From positions 1-64,000 of the forward strand of contig NKIB01012585.1 in the NCBI GenBank assembly GCA_002256025.1: a stretch of 64,000 nucleotides of DNA, given 5' to 3'. The translations under genes were made by a program, and so were the position numbers. Shown here in pieces: positions 12,176 through 24,833 of the stretch. Numbering within the stretch: position 1 is the stretch's first letter; the number at the start of each line of letters is the position of its first letter. The notes below the pieces were generated by a model that saw only the letters and a list, made by a program, of their open reading frames with translations, was not told where the DNA came from and ran no database searches. This DNA comes from Asterionella formosa (lineage: Eukaryota).

Positions 12176-13882
12176 ATGGCGCTTTATGTATTACAACACC
12201 ACAATCAAAACAACTGTGGAACAAATGCGATCCTCATTCAAATCGGTCCCCAATCATCAGCACAGCATATAATGTTGACTGTTGAAGGTACAATGGCCAA
12301 TGAGCGCACTAGTTTTCTTGTGGCTTCTTCGCAAGAGGATACTCCAGATGTGCTCCGACTTACCAGGAGGTGGCTGTACATATCTCACCTCTTCGCTCAA
12401 TTCTCCGATAACCTATGGCAGTTTTGTGTGGTGCTCTTTCTGGCTGCATTCTCCAACTACGCTTCTCTTATGCTGGTTTCAACATACGGTTTGATGACTG
12501 GTTTGTCCGTATGCATGTTGGGGTCGTTGGCGGGCCGTTTCGTAGACTCGCAAAATCGACTGTATGCTGCTCAATGTTTCATTTTGTCACAAAATGCTTC
12601 CGTGATAATTGCCACAGTTCTATGCTATGCTTTACTGGCGAGAGATAATGACCAGTTTATGACAGGACAAGAACAGGGAAAAACCATTGGTGGATCTAGT
12701 TCTATGCATTGGATAAAATCGCGGTTTAACGGAGTCCCCTCTGACCCCATCTCCATCGTTTTGCTAGTGGGAATTCACTTTCTCGGCGCAGCTGCACAAA
12801 TTCTGTCCAAGGGATTCGTCGTTGCCATTGAGCGAGATTGGATTGTGGTAATGAGTACCCTTGCATCTTCGACCTATGGACTACCCGTAGGATCATTAGG
12901 AGCTCCAGGGCTTTCGGAGAAAACATGGCTCGCCGAAACCAATGTGACAATGAAGCAAATTGACCTAGCTTGCAAAATTGGAGCGCCTGCTATTGCTGGA
13001 TTTATTATTTCCGCTTTTGATAATGGAACGATGGATCATGGAAGTGGAATGCGTGGTGCTGCCATCTTGGTGGGGGTTATCAATTCGTTTTCGCTGGTGG
13101 TGGAATACCTTTGTACCCTCAAAATCTATCATCTTATTCCTGAAATGGCCGTCAAGGCTCACAAAGTTGTTACGAAGAAAGGAGATTTATTTTGTGACCA
13201 GGGAAACGAAAAAAATTATCTAGTTCCTGAAAGAGACGCTGGAAGGTATGGCTGTGGTTGCTTGCAACTACTACCTCACGGGCTAAGAATATACTTGAAC
13301 CAATCTATATCGTTTGGAGGATTTGCGTTCGCTCTTTTGTACTTGAATGCCCTCACCTTTGGAGGTCTCATGACTGCCTACTTGGTATGGAGAGGCATGA
13401 GATTTGAAAGCATCGGTTTGTGGCGTGGCATCTCAAGTGCTATTGGTCTCATGGGAACTTGCGTTTATCACTTTTCTGTCAAGACAATGTCGATCGAGAG
13501 GACTGGCATGTGGAGTATTATTTTCCAGTTCCTTTGTCTCTCTCTAAGCTATGCTTCACTTTTTGTGAAAGACCGTTACATTTCACTTGTCATGCTGATA
13601 GCTGGCGTCTGTGCCAGTCGCATTGGACTCTGGGTGTTTGATATTGCGCTTACTCAACTTATGCAGGAATGTATCCCAGCCCATATCCGCGGAGTTACTG
13701 GTGGTGTCCAGCAAGCGCTGAACGCTTTCTTTGGAATGTTGGCCTTTGTTTTGGGGATATTCTTTCCAGATCCCAACGAGTTTCACATTTACGTTTCAGC
13801 AGGTTACGCCAGTGTTGGAATCGCCATGCTTATGTACACTTTTGGAGTCTATATGCGAAAAGACAATCTTCGAGTGCCATAA
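12176..13882 (+). CDS. FPN1: Ferroportin (SLC40 family iron/metal exporter); true start probably ATG 12272 or 12293
   Basis: Intact intronless ORF with many TM segments. Family motifs LYISHLFAQFSDNLWQF, IERDWIVVM, NVTMKQIDLACKIGAP, SRIGLWVFDIALTQLMQE. Confidence 0.9.
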   Translation: MALYVLQHHNQNNCGTNAILIQIGPQSSAQHIMLTVEGTMANERTSFLVASSQEDTPDVLRLTRRWLYISHLFAQFSDNLWQFCVVLFLAAFSNYASLMLVSTYGLMTGLSVCMLGSLAGRFVDSQNRLYAAQCFILSQNASVIIATVLCYALLARDNDQFMTGQEQGKTIGGSSSMHWIKSRFNGVPSDPISIVLLVGIHFLGAAAQILSKGFVVAIERDWIVVMSTLASSTYGLPVGSLGAPGLSEKTWLAETNVTMKQIDLACKIGAPAIAGFIISAFDNGTMDHGSGMRGAAILVGVINSFSLVVEYLCTLKIYHLIPEMAVKAHKVVTKKGDLFCDQGNEKNYLVPERDAGRYGCGCLQLLPHGLRIYLNQSISFGGFAFALLYLNALTFGGLMTAYLVWRGMRFESIGLWRGISSAIGLMGTCVYHFSVKTMSIERTGMWSIIFQFLCLSLSYASLFVKDRYISLVMLIAGVCASRIGLWVFDIALTQLMQECIPAHIRGVTGGVQQALNAFFGMLAFVLGIFFPDPNEFHIYVSAGYASVGIAMLMYTFGVYMRKDNLRVP

Positions 13883-13994
13883 GCTACAAAAATCATCAAC
13901 TACCTGGACGTTGACTGACGAGGCATGCTAAAGGAATTGTGAAGGATATTACATTTACAACATGGGGCGTCGGGGCCCTCATCATATGTTCTTT

Positions 13995-15761
13995 TTACAT
14001 CCTAAATACACCAAACTTGGTTTCGTTTGGCTCGCACCCAGCGCGACGAGCAACTGCCAACGAGTAACCCAAGATTCTTCTTGTATCTGCAGGATCTATA
14101 ATACCGTCATCCCAAAGCCTAGAGGTCGAGTAGTACGCAGAGCTTTCTTGGTCGTATTTGTCGAGAATGGGCTTTTTAAACTTCATTTCTTCGTCCGCTG
14201 ACCATTTCTCCCCCCTTGCCTCGATGTTATCTCTTTGGACTGTTGCCAACACGTTCGCGGCTTGCTCACCTCCCATTACTCCAATTTTCGCATTGGGCCA
14301 CATGTATAAAAATCTAGGACCATACGCTCGTCCGCACATTCCGTAATTGCCAGCCCCATAGCTACCTCCAAGGATTAGTGTGATTTTAGGAACCTTGGCG
14401 GTTGCAACTGCTGTAACTAGCTTGGCGCCATGTTTTGCAATCCCTTCGTGTTCATATTTGGCTCCGATCATAAATCCCGTGATATTCTGAAGAAATATTA
14501 TTGGAATACCGCGTTGAGAACATAGCTGGACGAAGTGAGCTCCTTTGAGAGCGCTTTCCGAAAAAAGAATGCCATTGTTAGCGATAATACCAACATCCTG
14601 TCCCATGATTTTTCCAAAGCCAGTGACAAGAGTTTTTCCGTAATTGGCTTTGAACTCATGGAATTTAGATCCATCCAAGGTTCGTGCCAAAACCATACGA
14701 ACATCCATGGCCTTCTTTGGGTCAACAGGAAGCACTCCCCCGAGTTCGTTAGGGTCAAACAACGGCTCTTCCCATTGACTCAATGATGGCGAGTCCGGCT
14801 CCGAGTGCCGACCCAGGCATGCCATTATGTCTCGGGTGGTATGAAGAGCTTCCTCTTCTGTTGCCGCCATATGATCAGCGACACCTGAAGTGGTGCAATG
14901 AACGCGAGCGCCACCGAGCTCCTCCGCCGATACCACCTCACCAGTTGCTGCCTTCACAAGAGGAGGCCCGCCGAGGAAAATTGTTCCGTTTCCTTGCACC
15001 ATGACTGTCTCATCTGACATGCTAGGTACATATGCTCCACCAGCTGTACAGGACCCACAAACAACAGCGATCTGTGGAATGTTCTTACTTGAAAGCGTCG
15101 CTTGGTTGAAGAAAATCCGCCCGAAGTGGTCGCGATCGGGAAAGACTTCCGCTTGACGAGGAAGGAAGGCACCACCCGAGTCCACTAGGTATATACACGG
15201 CAAGTCGTTTTCAAGAGCGATTTCCTGGGCCCGCAAGTGCTTCTTGACAGTAATGGGAAAGTAGGTCCCTCCCTTGACGGTGGCATCATTGGCAATGATC
15301 ATGCAGAGCTGCCCGGAAACGCGCCCTATTGCAGTGACAATGCCGCCACTAGGGATATTTTTGCCTTCATCTTCATCAAATCCCGCCAAAGCTGATAATT
15401 CTAGCAACGGTGTTCCTGGATCACACAAATGTTCCATTCGCTCTCTCGGGAGCATCTTGTTCCTGGATCGATGACGTTTAACAGCCTCCACTCCTCCCCC
15501 GAAAGAAGCTTTTTCGAGACGACAATTTAGCTCTTGCACTAAAGTTCTCGTTCGCTTCATAGACTGTTGATATTCAGGCGAGCTGGAGTCGATGACATGC
15601 GTATTAAGACGAGGCAGGTTGTGGGAATGAAAGGTGTCACAATTCCTTGGGTGATAGAGAGAAGCTGACGAAAAGCATCTTTCTGTGTTCTTTGCTTGAG
15701 TCCATCGAGCCCGTTGGCTTGAAGCTCCATTGATCAAGCACCGGGTCGCCTTCGACAACAT
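13995..15761 (-). CDS. MCCC2: 3-methylcrotonyl-CoA carboxylase beta (carboxyltransferase) subunit, mitochondrial
   Basis: [53 protein letters not shown], terminal FGVFRM. The first ATG at 15761 gives a basic presequence-like N-terminus (MLSKATRC...). Confidence 0.96.
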   Translation of the reverse strand: MLSKATRCLINGASSQRARWTQAKNTERCFSSASLYHPRNCDTFHSHNLPRLNTHVIDSSSPEYQQSMKRTRTLVQELNCRLEKASFGGGVEAVKRHRSRNKMLPRERMEHLCDPGTPLLELSALAGFDEDEGKNIPSGGIVTAIGRVSGQLCMIIANDATVKGGTYFPITVKKHLRAQEIALENDLPCIYLVDSGGAFLPRQAEVFPDRDHFGRIFFNQATLSSKNIPQIAVVCGSCTAGGAYVPSMSDETVMVQGNGTIFLGGPPLVKAATGEVVSAEELGGARVHCTTSGVADHMAATEEEALHTTRDIMACLGRHSEPDSPSLSQWEEPLFDPNELGGVLPVDPKKAMDVRMVLARTLDGSKFHEFKANYGKTLVTGFGKIMGQDVGIIANNGILFSESALKGAHFVQLCSQRGIPIIFLQNITGFMIGAKYEHEGIAKHGAKLVTAVATAKVPKITLILGGSYGAGNYGMCGRAYGPRFLYMWPNAKIGVMGGEQAANVLATVQRDNIEARGEKWSADEEMKFKKPILDKYDQESSAYYSTSRLWDDGIIDPADTRRILGYSLAVARRAGCEPNETKFGVFRM

Positions 15762-16708
15762 CGTGGGTACCTGGTACTGTTGGAACAAATCAAATCTGAA
15801 AGTGAGTGTTTGGAACCAAGGTAAAAATAATGATCAGCCAAACCAGTACCGGTATGCATGAACATATCCATCTCATGCATTTGACCCTGATGTCATGATT
15901 CGCGCATGAAGAAACGAACAAAACAGACACATCAACGGACAGAACAAATCAGTGACACTCTATCTGTTGCGAATTCGTATGGGATCATGACAACATCTGT
16001 ATTCATTCATAAGTAAAGGTGCACGTACACAATATGTATATGCATCATTCACCTGTGGAACCTGGTACCAGGTACCACCATGGTATCAGGTACAGTACTC
16101 AGCAGGGGTACGACTATTTGTATGTATCATGTACCAACAGCATGTAGAGCATTTATGTAGCTACGCAGGACCACTATCACTAACAATGATGTTCGCGCAA
16201 GCAAAGTACCTGGCACTCCGACCGGGTACCTGGTACTTGGTATCCGACAACCACCAGCAAGGTGTAAGTCAACCGGTACTCCTTCAATACGACGACGCGA
16301 AACCTCTCCATCGTCTGTCCGCCACCTGTTGTTTATTTACATCGTCATGACTGTTAACACTTCATTTTTCGCGTCCCGCAAAACATTTGCAGGAGTTGAT
16401 CTTGTACAGAATTTCATAATAATCATATATGGATATAATAGTGCTATTATATTTTTGTTTGATGAACACGATTGGCAAGCGAGCTGGTCGCATTGTTAAT
16501 AGTTGCTGATTTTCAATCGCAAGCCTCAGAAGCAGTTCATCGATTGGAACGAACGATACCTTCATGCGTGGTTCCTCGAGTATTCTTTGGAAATACTTGT
16601 AGAAGAAGAAAGAGCTTCCTTTATATTCGCGTGGTGTGGTGATCAGTTGAGCTTCAATTCCAAATTATTTCCAAATATTCGGACTGCACTGATCAGCGCG
16701 CCGCAAGG

Positions 16709-19700
16709 ATGAAGACATCAATTGGTGGCTTGCGATGGTCCAAGAGTCAAAGAAAGTCAAATGATAAAGTCGGGTTGCTTTCGCATCAGTCACCACCGCC
16801 GAGTCCTCACATTTGGGGTGTTCAGGATGATCTTGGCATATATCCTGCTACAACGACTTCTGACAACTACGAAGCCACAAAAGTGACCACGAATTCACCC
16901 AGAACCACTGAAGGGCATTTGCTAAAGAAATCGATTATTTCTTCTCGAGTGCCCTTGGAGAATCGGTTCATGCCTCAGCATGAGCCTCGGAAACGACTAG
17001 CTCCTGAAGATTTAATTGGTGGAGCTGCACTGCAATTTGTCCCTGCTTATGAAGAAGCCACGACACCTCCAACGACAATCCCAATACGAAGTAACCCTGC
17101 AACAGAACCAAGTTACAGCCTTAGTCCAACTCGGAAGAATAAGTTGATACATACTGCAAAATCACCAAAAACCTTCCGAAATAGTGGTTCTTTCGACAAC
17201 ACTGAAGACAACACTGCCAGTGCATCTTGGGATGCAATTATTGAAGTAACTGGTACTAGCGATCGAAGGCTGTCGTGGAGAGGGAAAACGAAAGCTTCGC
17301 CAATTAGAGACGATTCGGTAGAACGTTCAATCTCATCCAACGAAGAGAAGAAATCGGGAAGTCCCTCCATCTTACGGCGACCACTGTCTAATAAAGAACG
17401 AAGTTCTCCTCCACCAGCCCAAGGATACCAACGTCCTATTCCAGTTGTCAGCGTACCGTTGCCCAAAGACGAAGAGGAGCAATCTGTGGTTTCGATGAGC
17501 TGCTCTGCAGTTTCTTCAACGACTCGAAGGGGCACCAGAGTTGCGAGATTAAAGCAATTATTTTCTAGCCGAGCTGTTCACAAGGGCACAATCTCCTCTC
17601 CGATCGCGCAGATATCACATATATCTGAGTCCAACATCGATCAGAATAAAAGTAATCAGGCTACCTTTGCCTCCAACCTCACTGCATCCTCGAAGAAGAT
17701 ATCGACAGCTAAGACCACGAGCACACTGAAAGTTCCCCCTTCCCCATCAAGTTCAGCTATTTCTGGATCGTCTGCTGGATTTGTTTGGCCTGGTACTCAG
17801 GATAAAAAGGGAAAGACTGTTAACGTGGAGTCGAGTTACGACGATAGTTCGGTGGGGCCTGCTGCGTTCCAGAAAAAGGATTACGAAGAAGAATTGGACA
17901 CGGCTGCTGATTTGGAGATGCGAAAATGGATGGACGAACCTCACTCATTTGATGCGAATTCCTTCGACGCTCGTGATTATTCAGCCCCTCTGGAGCAACG
18001 TATTGAGCACAGGCCAAAAAATGGTTTTTCCAACGGAGACGAATCGGATGAAGAATGCGAAAATGCCGCAGACTTTCATTTGGCTGCAGTTCTTGCCGAT
18101 TTGACCATTTCGAGTGCCTCGCCTTTGCGCATTTCAGTACAACCCAAGAAGTCACCAGATCCACCAGCCTCAAATAATGGATTGTCGAATTACGATAAAG
18201 TTACGACTTTGTCTTTGACACGTCCTCCAAAGTCGTCGGCGGCGTCATCAGTAATTACTTCAGCAAGTGGTGCACTCAGTATTTATAACTTGTTTGCAAC
18301 AGACCGACCACGAGAACCAAATGCACATTCATCAATTCCGGAGTTCAAAGATGACCCATGGGACATGGAAGATAGCTCTCTCCCGGCATCGTCATCTGGG
18401 ACAAGTGTGTCTAAGGGTTCATCCACATACTTGCTCGCGTCCAAAGTGACACCTAGAATTGAGCTAATTGCTGACAGTGGTTCATCAAAGTACGGCAAAG
18501 TAAATGCACGTGGTGTAGCCTCCGTGTTGCGACGAAATACCGAGGATCCCCGACCACCCGGAATTACGGAAGAGGCACTTGCCATGAATGAAAAGTTAGC
18601 GCCGCCCGCTAGAAACTTCAACGCACACATGATCAGAGGATACGATGGATATATGAACAAGACAAGAGATGTTCCCAACTTAATGGACGAAGTTGATTCT
18701 GATAGTATTGAATCTTCAGCCAGAGCTTCGACTAGTGTTTATTCAGTGAGCGACGCTCCTGGTGTTGCCAGACGGCTACCTCAACAGCCTTTGTCCATGC
18801 GATCAGGTGTAGGGAATGGGAATCATCATGTCAAAGACGCTGGTCATGACTTTGACACAGAGTCTGATGTTTTTGATGGGATTTGGAAAAGCGGCGCGGA
18901 TTTTCATTCTAGAGAAGATAATGGTTCTCATGTCAGCAATGCTTATAATGGAAAAAGTGCACCTAGCTGCCGGGGTATGGAACCCCGTCAAGCCCCATCC
19001 ACGAGAAATGCAAGGGATGATAGAGGTGCCGAAAAGTTCAATGTTGTGCTACTCGGTGGCGGTCTGACTACAATTCAAACCACAAAAGATGATTTCGACA
19101 ATCGTGCAACGCCGAGCGAATTTGATGATAACTTGTCTAGTAGTGAGGTCGACCAATACGGCTTCGCTCGGACGCCTGGGTTGAACCAGATGCTTGCAGC
19201 TGGAAGGTCCAGCAAAGATAGCGCAAAATTTATGCTGTCAGTCGATCCTCCCACCGATGATTTAGAAGGAGCGACACCAATAAAAAGGGATCCTATTGGA
19301 GTAAAACGGGAGCCTCGCGATGCATTTGACAACTCCTTCGTTGGAACCTCATTTCAAAGTAGCGAATCTGGGGAGTCGCAGTATTACGAGGAGCTTGCTC
19401 GGAATCAATCCCTGTTGAGTGGCGCGGGGGATTTGTCAAAATACAAGGTTCATCCAAGTCAAGTTAAGAAATTGGTCCGGAAGTATCGCCAGTTGTGTCG
19501 GTCCGCCAATCCTGACTTCACGATTGAAGAATTGAACCTACAAGAAGATTCGAAGAAAGCCTTCGCTCTCACGGAAATGCGAAGTCGCATTATGGAGAAG
19601 GATATTGAGCGTGGTCTTGAACGTCAGGGCGGCACGACAGCTGTCGATGATTTCGTCCTCACTCCATACAACCAAGCTGCGTATCGTATCCGTGATGCAG

Positions 19701-21040
19701 TCATTGTGAGCAAGGCTTGGAGAGATGGAGCCAGTCCACGCGATGTCATTACAGCGTCGAGTTTGACTCGAAGGACTTACACATATTTCCTCAAACGCCC
19801 CTTGCATTTTGGACGTGGATCGTCTCCTAACAAAACAATCTGTACGAGTCAAGATAGCAACTCTATTCTGAGTGAGCGTTCGTCTAATAACCCAAGGGCT
19901 CACAGGTTGGTAGAGGTTCAATGGACCGATGATATGGATTTCTCATTGTTGCGATGTCCGTCACTTGGTCCAAGATGTATGCACGGCTTTGAAATGTTTA
20001 CCATTGGCGACTGTCAGAGCATTCTACTGAAGCTCACCAATGAACGCTGCATTGTAAGTCAAGCGGTAAAGGTGTGAAGGCCCTTCGTTGCGTGGCAGTG
20101 CCTTACTTGTTAACTAAATGATCGTTCTATGTGTTCTTCTAATTAGCAACTTCGCCATGAGCTCAACGTAGCAACAGCGATTCAGATTGACGCGGAAGAA
20201 CTCATGAAAGAGGAAGGAGATGTTGTTGATGGCATAATGACTGACGCTGAAATGATTTACTTGACTGCAATGGAAGACGTCAAGATTATTTCGAAACAGT
20301 TGGTTATTGCTGAAAGGTCCTTCCATCTTGTTAGGGATCGTATTGAAAAACTGGTTGCAAAGTATGAAGCTCTTTTGATAAAGATTGAGAATGAATCGGT
20401 AGCAACTGCTTCAGTTATGACTTATGAGAGCTCCTGTTACTCTGACGATTACGACTCACAGTACTCGTCGGAAGAGGAGGAAAGTAGAGAGCGTGAGATG
20501 TTCCAGCGCCGTGTTCAACGAGCGGAAATCCGAGCAGAGCTAGCAGCACGGGAGGCCATGATGGCTAAACAAGAAGCCAAGAAAGTCAAGGAAGAGAAAC
20601 AAGCCGAGATCGATGCCCTTCAGATGAAACTTGCTGAATTGCAGTCCGAAGCATCCTTTGCCATCTCGCAACGTGAACATTCAGCTGTACTTGCAAAGGC
20701 GATAGCGTCCAATTCCCACATCGAAACACCGCTGTCGCGCGCTGGTCGGTCTGCTAGTCCCAAGATCGACCAAGAGAAGATCAATGGAGTGAAACAAAAA
20801 TTTCGTGACCGTATGGCACAGAGGAAGAACAGAGTATCCGCAAATGCCAGTTTCGCATCTGAAGATGGGTCGAGTGCTGAATTCTCCTATACGCCATTAT
20901 ATGATCATGGAGCTCGACGAGTCGACGAAAGAGCACCTATATCGAAAAATCATCGACATAGGCTTGTAGGCGAAGAAATGTTCCAGCATTTGGACTTCTA
21001 CGAACGTTCGTTGAAAGCAGTCGAAGAAAGTCGTCCATAG
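16709..21040 (+). CDS. Large hypothetical protein (~1410 aa): Ser-rich disordered N-terminus, more ordered C-terminal region and coiled coil; 2 exons
   Basis: Exons 16709-20053 and 20147-21040. The 93-bp intron GTAAGT...TTAG (20054-20146) joins NERCI|QLRHELN in frame with the 278-aa downstream ORF. Confidence 0.85.
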
Positions 21041-21557
21041 TTTCAGTAAATTGAAATTCGATGTTTGTCATAATGTTTTATTGCCATCCCTGGGTAGCAA
21101 TATCATCACACCTTTACATGAGAGATTGCAACTTTCGTTGTTGGGGGCTTTGATGTGATGATGATAAAGGAGTGAGGAAACTTCTCCATTTTCCTGCAAT
21201 ATTCATAATACTCTACAATAGTAGTACCGGTACTCGTCCAGAGTACATAAATTTTATGTAGAGCTACTCCTGATTTCAGTACATACATACAGTGCATCCT
21301 GACCATCACCAGCGGCACACATGGCTGCATCTGCCGGAATGTCAATTAAATATTGAATGCTGTCGTATATATAGTATATAGGATAAAGGATAAAAGTCAC
21401 AATTTTGTCAAAGAGCACCCAAATGTAAACAGAAGAAACTAAGCTAGTACTATCACAGCAATCCCACTAGCACTGGTAAGCTCACGCTCTCACCATGGAG
21501 GGTAATGAATATTTACAGCTACACCATCAAATGAGTATGTTTCAGTGCCACTACAGC

Positions 21558-22112
21558 TACACAGTATACAATATGCTACAAGCAGATGAAAGAACCACAA
21601 GAATTGACAAGAAAATCATGGAGATAGACCAGAATAACCAAAATCCATCTAACAGCATCATTAAATTGAGTAACGCTTTTGACAATGTTCATGCATCCAA
21701 ATCAGATCCAAACATAACGTTTCCGTCCCACCGTACCTACACAGTGTACCACATGCTACAAGCAGATAAAAGAACCACAAGAATTGATAAGAAACTCATC
21801 ATGGAGATAGACCAGGCAAGAAAATGACCGAGATCCACCCAACAGCATCATTGAATTGAGTAAGGCTTTTAACAATGCCCACACATCCAAATCATATCCA
21901 AACAGACCTTTCCGTCCCACTGTACCTTCAAGTATACAACATGCTACAATCAGATGAAAGAACAAAAAGAATTGACAAGTAACTCATGGAGATAGACCAA
22001 ATGAACAAAATCCACCCAACAACAGCATTGTTAAATTGAGTAAGGCTTTTGACCATGTCCATGCATCTAAATCAGATCCAAACAGACCATTTCCATTGCA
22101 CCGTACCTACTC
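21558..22112 (+). repeat. Tandem repeat, 3 copies of a ~180-188 bp unit
   Basis: Anchor ATGCTACAA at 21573, 21753 and 21941; shared AGAATTGA..AAG..ATCATGGAGATAGACC and ATCCAAATCA.ATCCAAACA blocks. Confidence 0.9.
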
Positions 22113-22411
22113 AGCAGTACATTCTGAATAACAGCATTCAAAGAGATTACAAAGGCAAAACAGTTACCAGTGAAGTATACAGGGTGACATGAAAAAATAG
22201 GACGCCTAGAAGAGGATATCTGATCAATGGTACCAAATTTTTTAAAACGCTCATATGAGGGAGTGACCACCAAATCCCCCCCCAACCTTACTAAATTGGC
22301 GGTAGAGCGCAATGACAATGAACCTAGAAATAGACATTAATAATTTGCTATAAAAATGATTAACTACCTGGTACTTATTATTATAGAGGAGGGAAACAGG
22401 GGGTGGGGGGG

Positions 22412-22437
22412 NNNNNNNNNNNNNNNNNNNNNNNNNN
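22412..22437. other. Assembly gap (26 N) between a G-run and a C-run
   Basis: The N stretch is visible directly; contiguity across it is not guaranteed. Confidence 0.99.
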
Positions 22438-23019
22438 CCCCCCGCGTGCACAAAGCGCGCACTTGAAACCCAGATGGAACAGACTTAGGCTGAGATTGGG
22501 ATAGCGACCATGGGAGCTAAGTCAGTCTAGCAGAAAAAATCGAAGACGAAGTTCAAAGGTAGCAGGGAACACAGGGAACCACGCAAGCGAAGGTTATGGA
22601 AGAGTCTAGAAGCCGCAGAGCAGCAAGGCAAGGTTTTAAGACCAAAAGCTCATAATTCATCGAATCAGCTTTCAAACAAAAGCCACACCACCAATCCCAA
22701 GCCGTGCAAAAAATTTATAGGCTATAGATAAAAATTCACCCACCCGAAGTCCCACCCATGGCTAAAGTGCAAACTCTACTGCAGCTAATGGGACCCGGAG
22801 TGAGGAAATCACCCAAGCTAGCTAGATGGAACCGAAATCGAAAAACCAATTATGATGAGCCTAAAGATTAGTTGGCACAGACCAAAAACTATCTTCACAA
22901 AAGCAAGGAAATATTTGCAGGAAAGACAGTCGAACAAGTCGGTGATTGAGTCGAAGTAAAGGTAGCTTTGCTGTTCTCATACCTGGTAATGTCCAGATGG
23001 CAGTGGTGTACGAAGGCAG

Positions 23020-23372
23020 TACCTGGTACCTGGTACATCTCGTCCCTATAGGTACATATGTACCGGTACCATTGGATACTTATTACCGACCCAGTCCATA
23101 AAATGATTTTCGAAATGCTGCACTACCCATTTAGGGAGTGCTGTATGGTGTATGTACCAGTACCGGTAGCAGGTACCTATCTTAGTAGTGACGGTATATA
23201 TTTATATTCTATACCAGGTACCAGGTACTGTAATCATTTCCTTGGGGTAAAATAGAACGGTAAAAGTAACGACCGGTCCAATTAGAGGGTACCAGTACCA
23301 GGTACCTGTGACGGAGTACCCGGTACTCCAGCGTACCTGATGGTAACTACCTGGTACTCCGTAGTACCTACC
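23020..23372. repeat. GGTACC/CCAGGTA-rich low-complexity array (one of several in the window)
   Basis: Many TACCAGG/TACCTGG/TACCGG units upstream of RER1. Similar clusters at ~3720-3815, 8820-8965, 11850-11885, 16060-16240, 41920-42205, 54620-54690 and 54925-54980. Confidence 0.8.
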
Positions 23373-23417
23373 AAAGACTGCCAGTTTACTACGAGACATC
23401 GTCCTGCTGCTACTACG

Positions 23418-24317
23418 ATGATGGAAGGAACAGATCATGATGATTCGGCTGCGGGTTCGTCGTCGATTCAACAGAGTAGTGCAAACTGTGAGTTACCTTT
23501 ACATGTTTATTTGCGAGAAATGCTGAGAAATCAAGTCAAAACAAGAAATTCGAATCCAGACATCTATACGGTACCGGCTCTACGTACCAATTTAGTCAAA
23601 ACATGCCGATGAAGGGTGAAAGTCTCGTTGCTAAAGGTTCAGCACAAGATGAGAATATGATGTTAATCATAAAAGCTCTGGATGAAGAAGAAGAAGAATA
23701 TTTGTAGTTTCTGTTATCAGTAAATGGAAACTGCGTGACCTCGTTGTTAACTTTTTTCTCATTCTTTTTTTTAATTTATATTGCTTCTAGTCAAGCGCGC
23801 GGTTCAGTATTGGTTGGATAAATCAACGATCCATATTGGTCCGCGATGGGTTGGATTCTTGGTGTTACTGCTCCTTTTCTTTTTGAGAGTATACATGGTC
23901 CAAGGGTACTTCATTGTCGCCTATGGTCTTGGTATCTTCCTGCTGAATAATTTTATCGCCTTTCTGTCTCCTTTGGAAGACCCTAACGAATCTGGTCCAA
24001 CTCTTCCGTCGACGGCAAGTGAAGGGAAGGAGTTTAGACCCTTTTCGAGACGTTTACCTGAATTCAAGTTTTGGTTGGCTTGTACGCGAGGTGTGGGAAC
24101 CTGTTTTATGATGACATTCTTTTCAGTCTTTGACGTTCCCGTGTTCTGGCCAATTCTTTTAATGTATTTTTTCATTTTGTTCTTCATGACAATGAAAAGA
24201 CAAATTATGCACATGTACAAGCATCGATATGTTCCTATCTCATTTGGAAAGGCAAAATACAAGCATGCTGGAGAGGAAACAGGTATTTTTGGAGGAGGCA
24301 TGTCAAAAGACAGGTAA
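23418..24317 (+). CDS. RER1: Protein RER1 (Golgi-to-ER retrieval receptor); 2 exons
   Basis: Exon 1 is 23418-23487, intron GTGAGT...CTAG is 23488-23790, exon 2 is 23791-24317, giving SSAN-F-KRAVQYWLDKST. Motifs EFRPFSRRLPEFKFW, FDVPVFWPILL, TMKRQIMHMYKHRYVP. Confidence 0.95.
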
Positions 24318-24833
24318 AGTTTAGTTGGTGAATTCAGTCATTTGCTATGCACTTCTCCGGAATGGCACAACAAAAGAAGAGGCCTTCACACTTAATTATC
24401 ATTTTGGGGTTACGCACAGAGTGGGTAAACTCTTTGTCATGAGTAGCACTTTAGTATTTGTAGTTGGCTGGCATAGCAGATAATTGCGTTAGCATATTCC
24501 AATTTTACGTGCTTCTATAATGCCTCGGCTGTACTTACCGTAAATCTGTACCAGTTATATAATAGTCCACACACTGAAATTAATGCTTAGGCCGTTGCTA
24601 ACCATGGAACAAAACCAAACTATGTTTTGGTTTCGGTAACCTTAAAAACTATGCTAAAATGAATAACGGAACTTTTTTCCAAAGTTACCTAAACGTAGGA
24701 TTCCGTGTTGACTACTTAGAATGCAGGAAGTATACACCAAATTGTTATCGGCGTAGAGTCGGTACAGATGTATCATACATATTTTACACAGTAAATCGTG
24801 TTGGAAGCAAGGTACTTTAGAAATGATCTAAGT

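Noticed and set aside
17113..19921. Multiple 60-140 aa antisense or alternate-frame ORFs inside the large gene (likewise in MCCC2, ClpX and the DUF4954-like gene)
   Set aside because: Shadow ORFs of long coding exons with no independent motifs.
22850..22885. TGATGAGCC...GGC hammerhead-like motif after the gap
   Set aside because: It lacks the conserved C and GAAA, and no flanking stems are evident.
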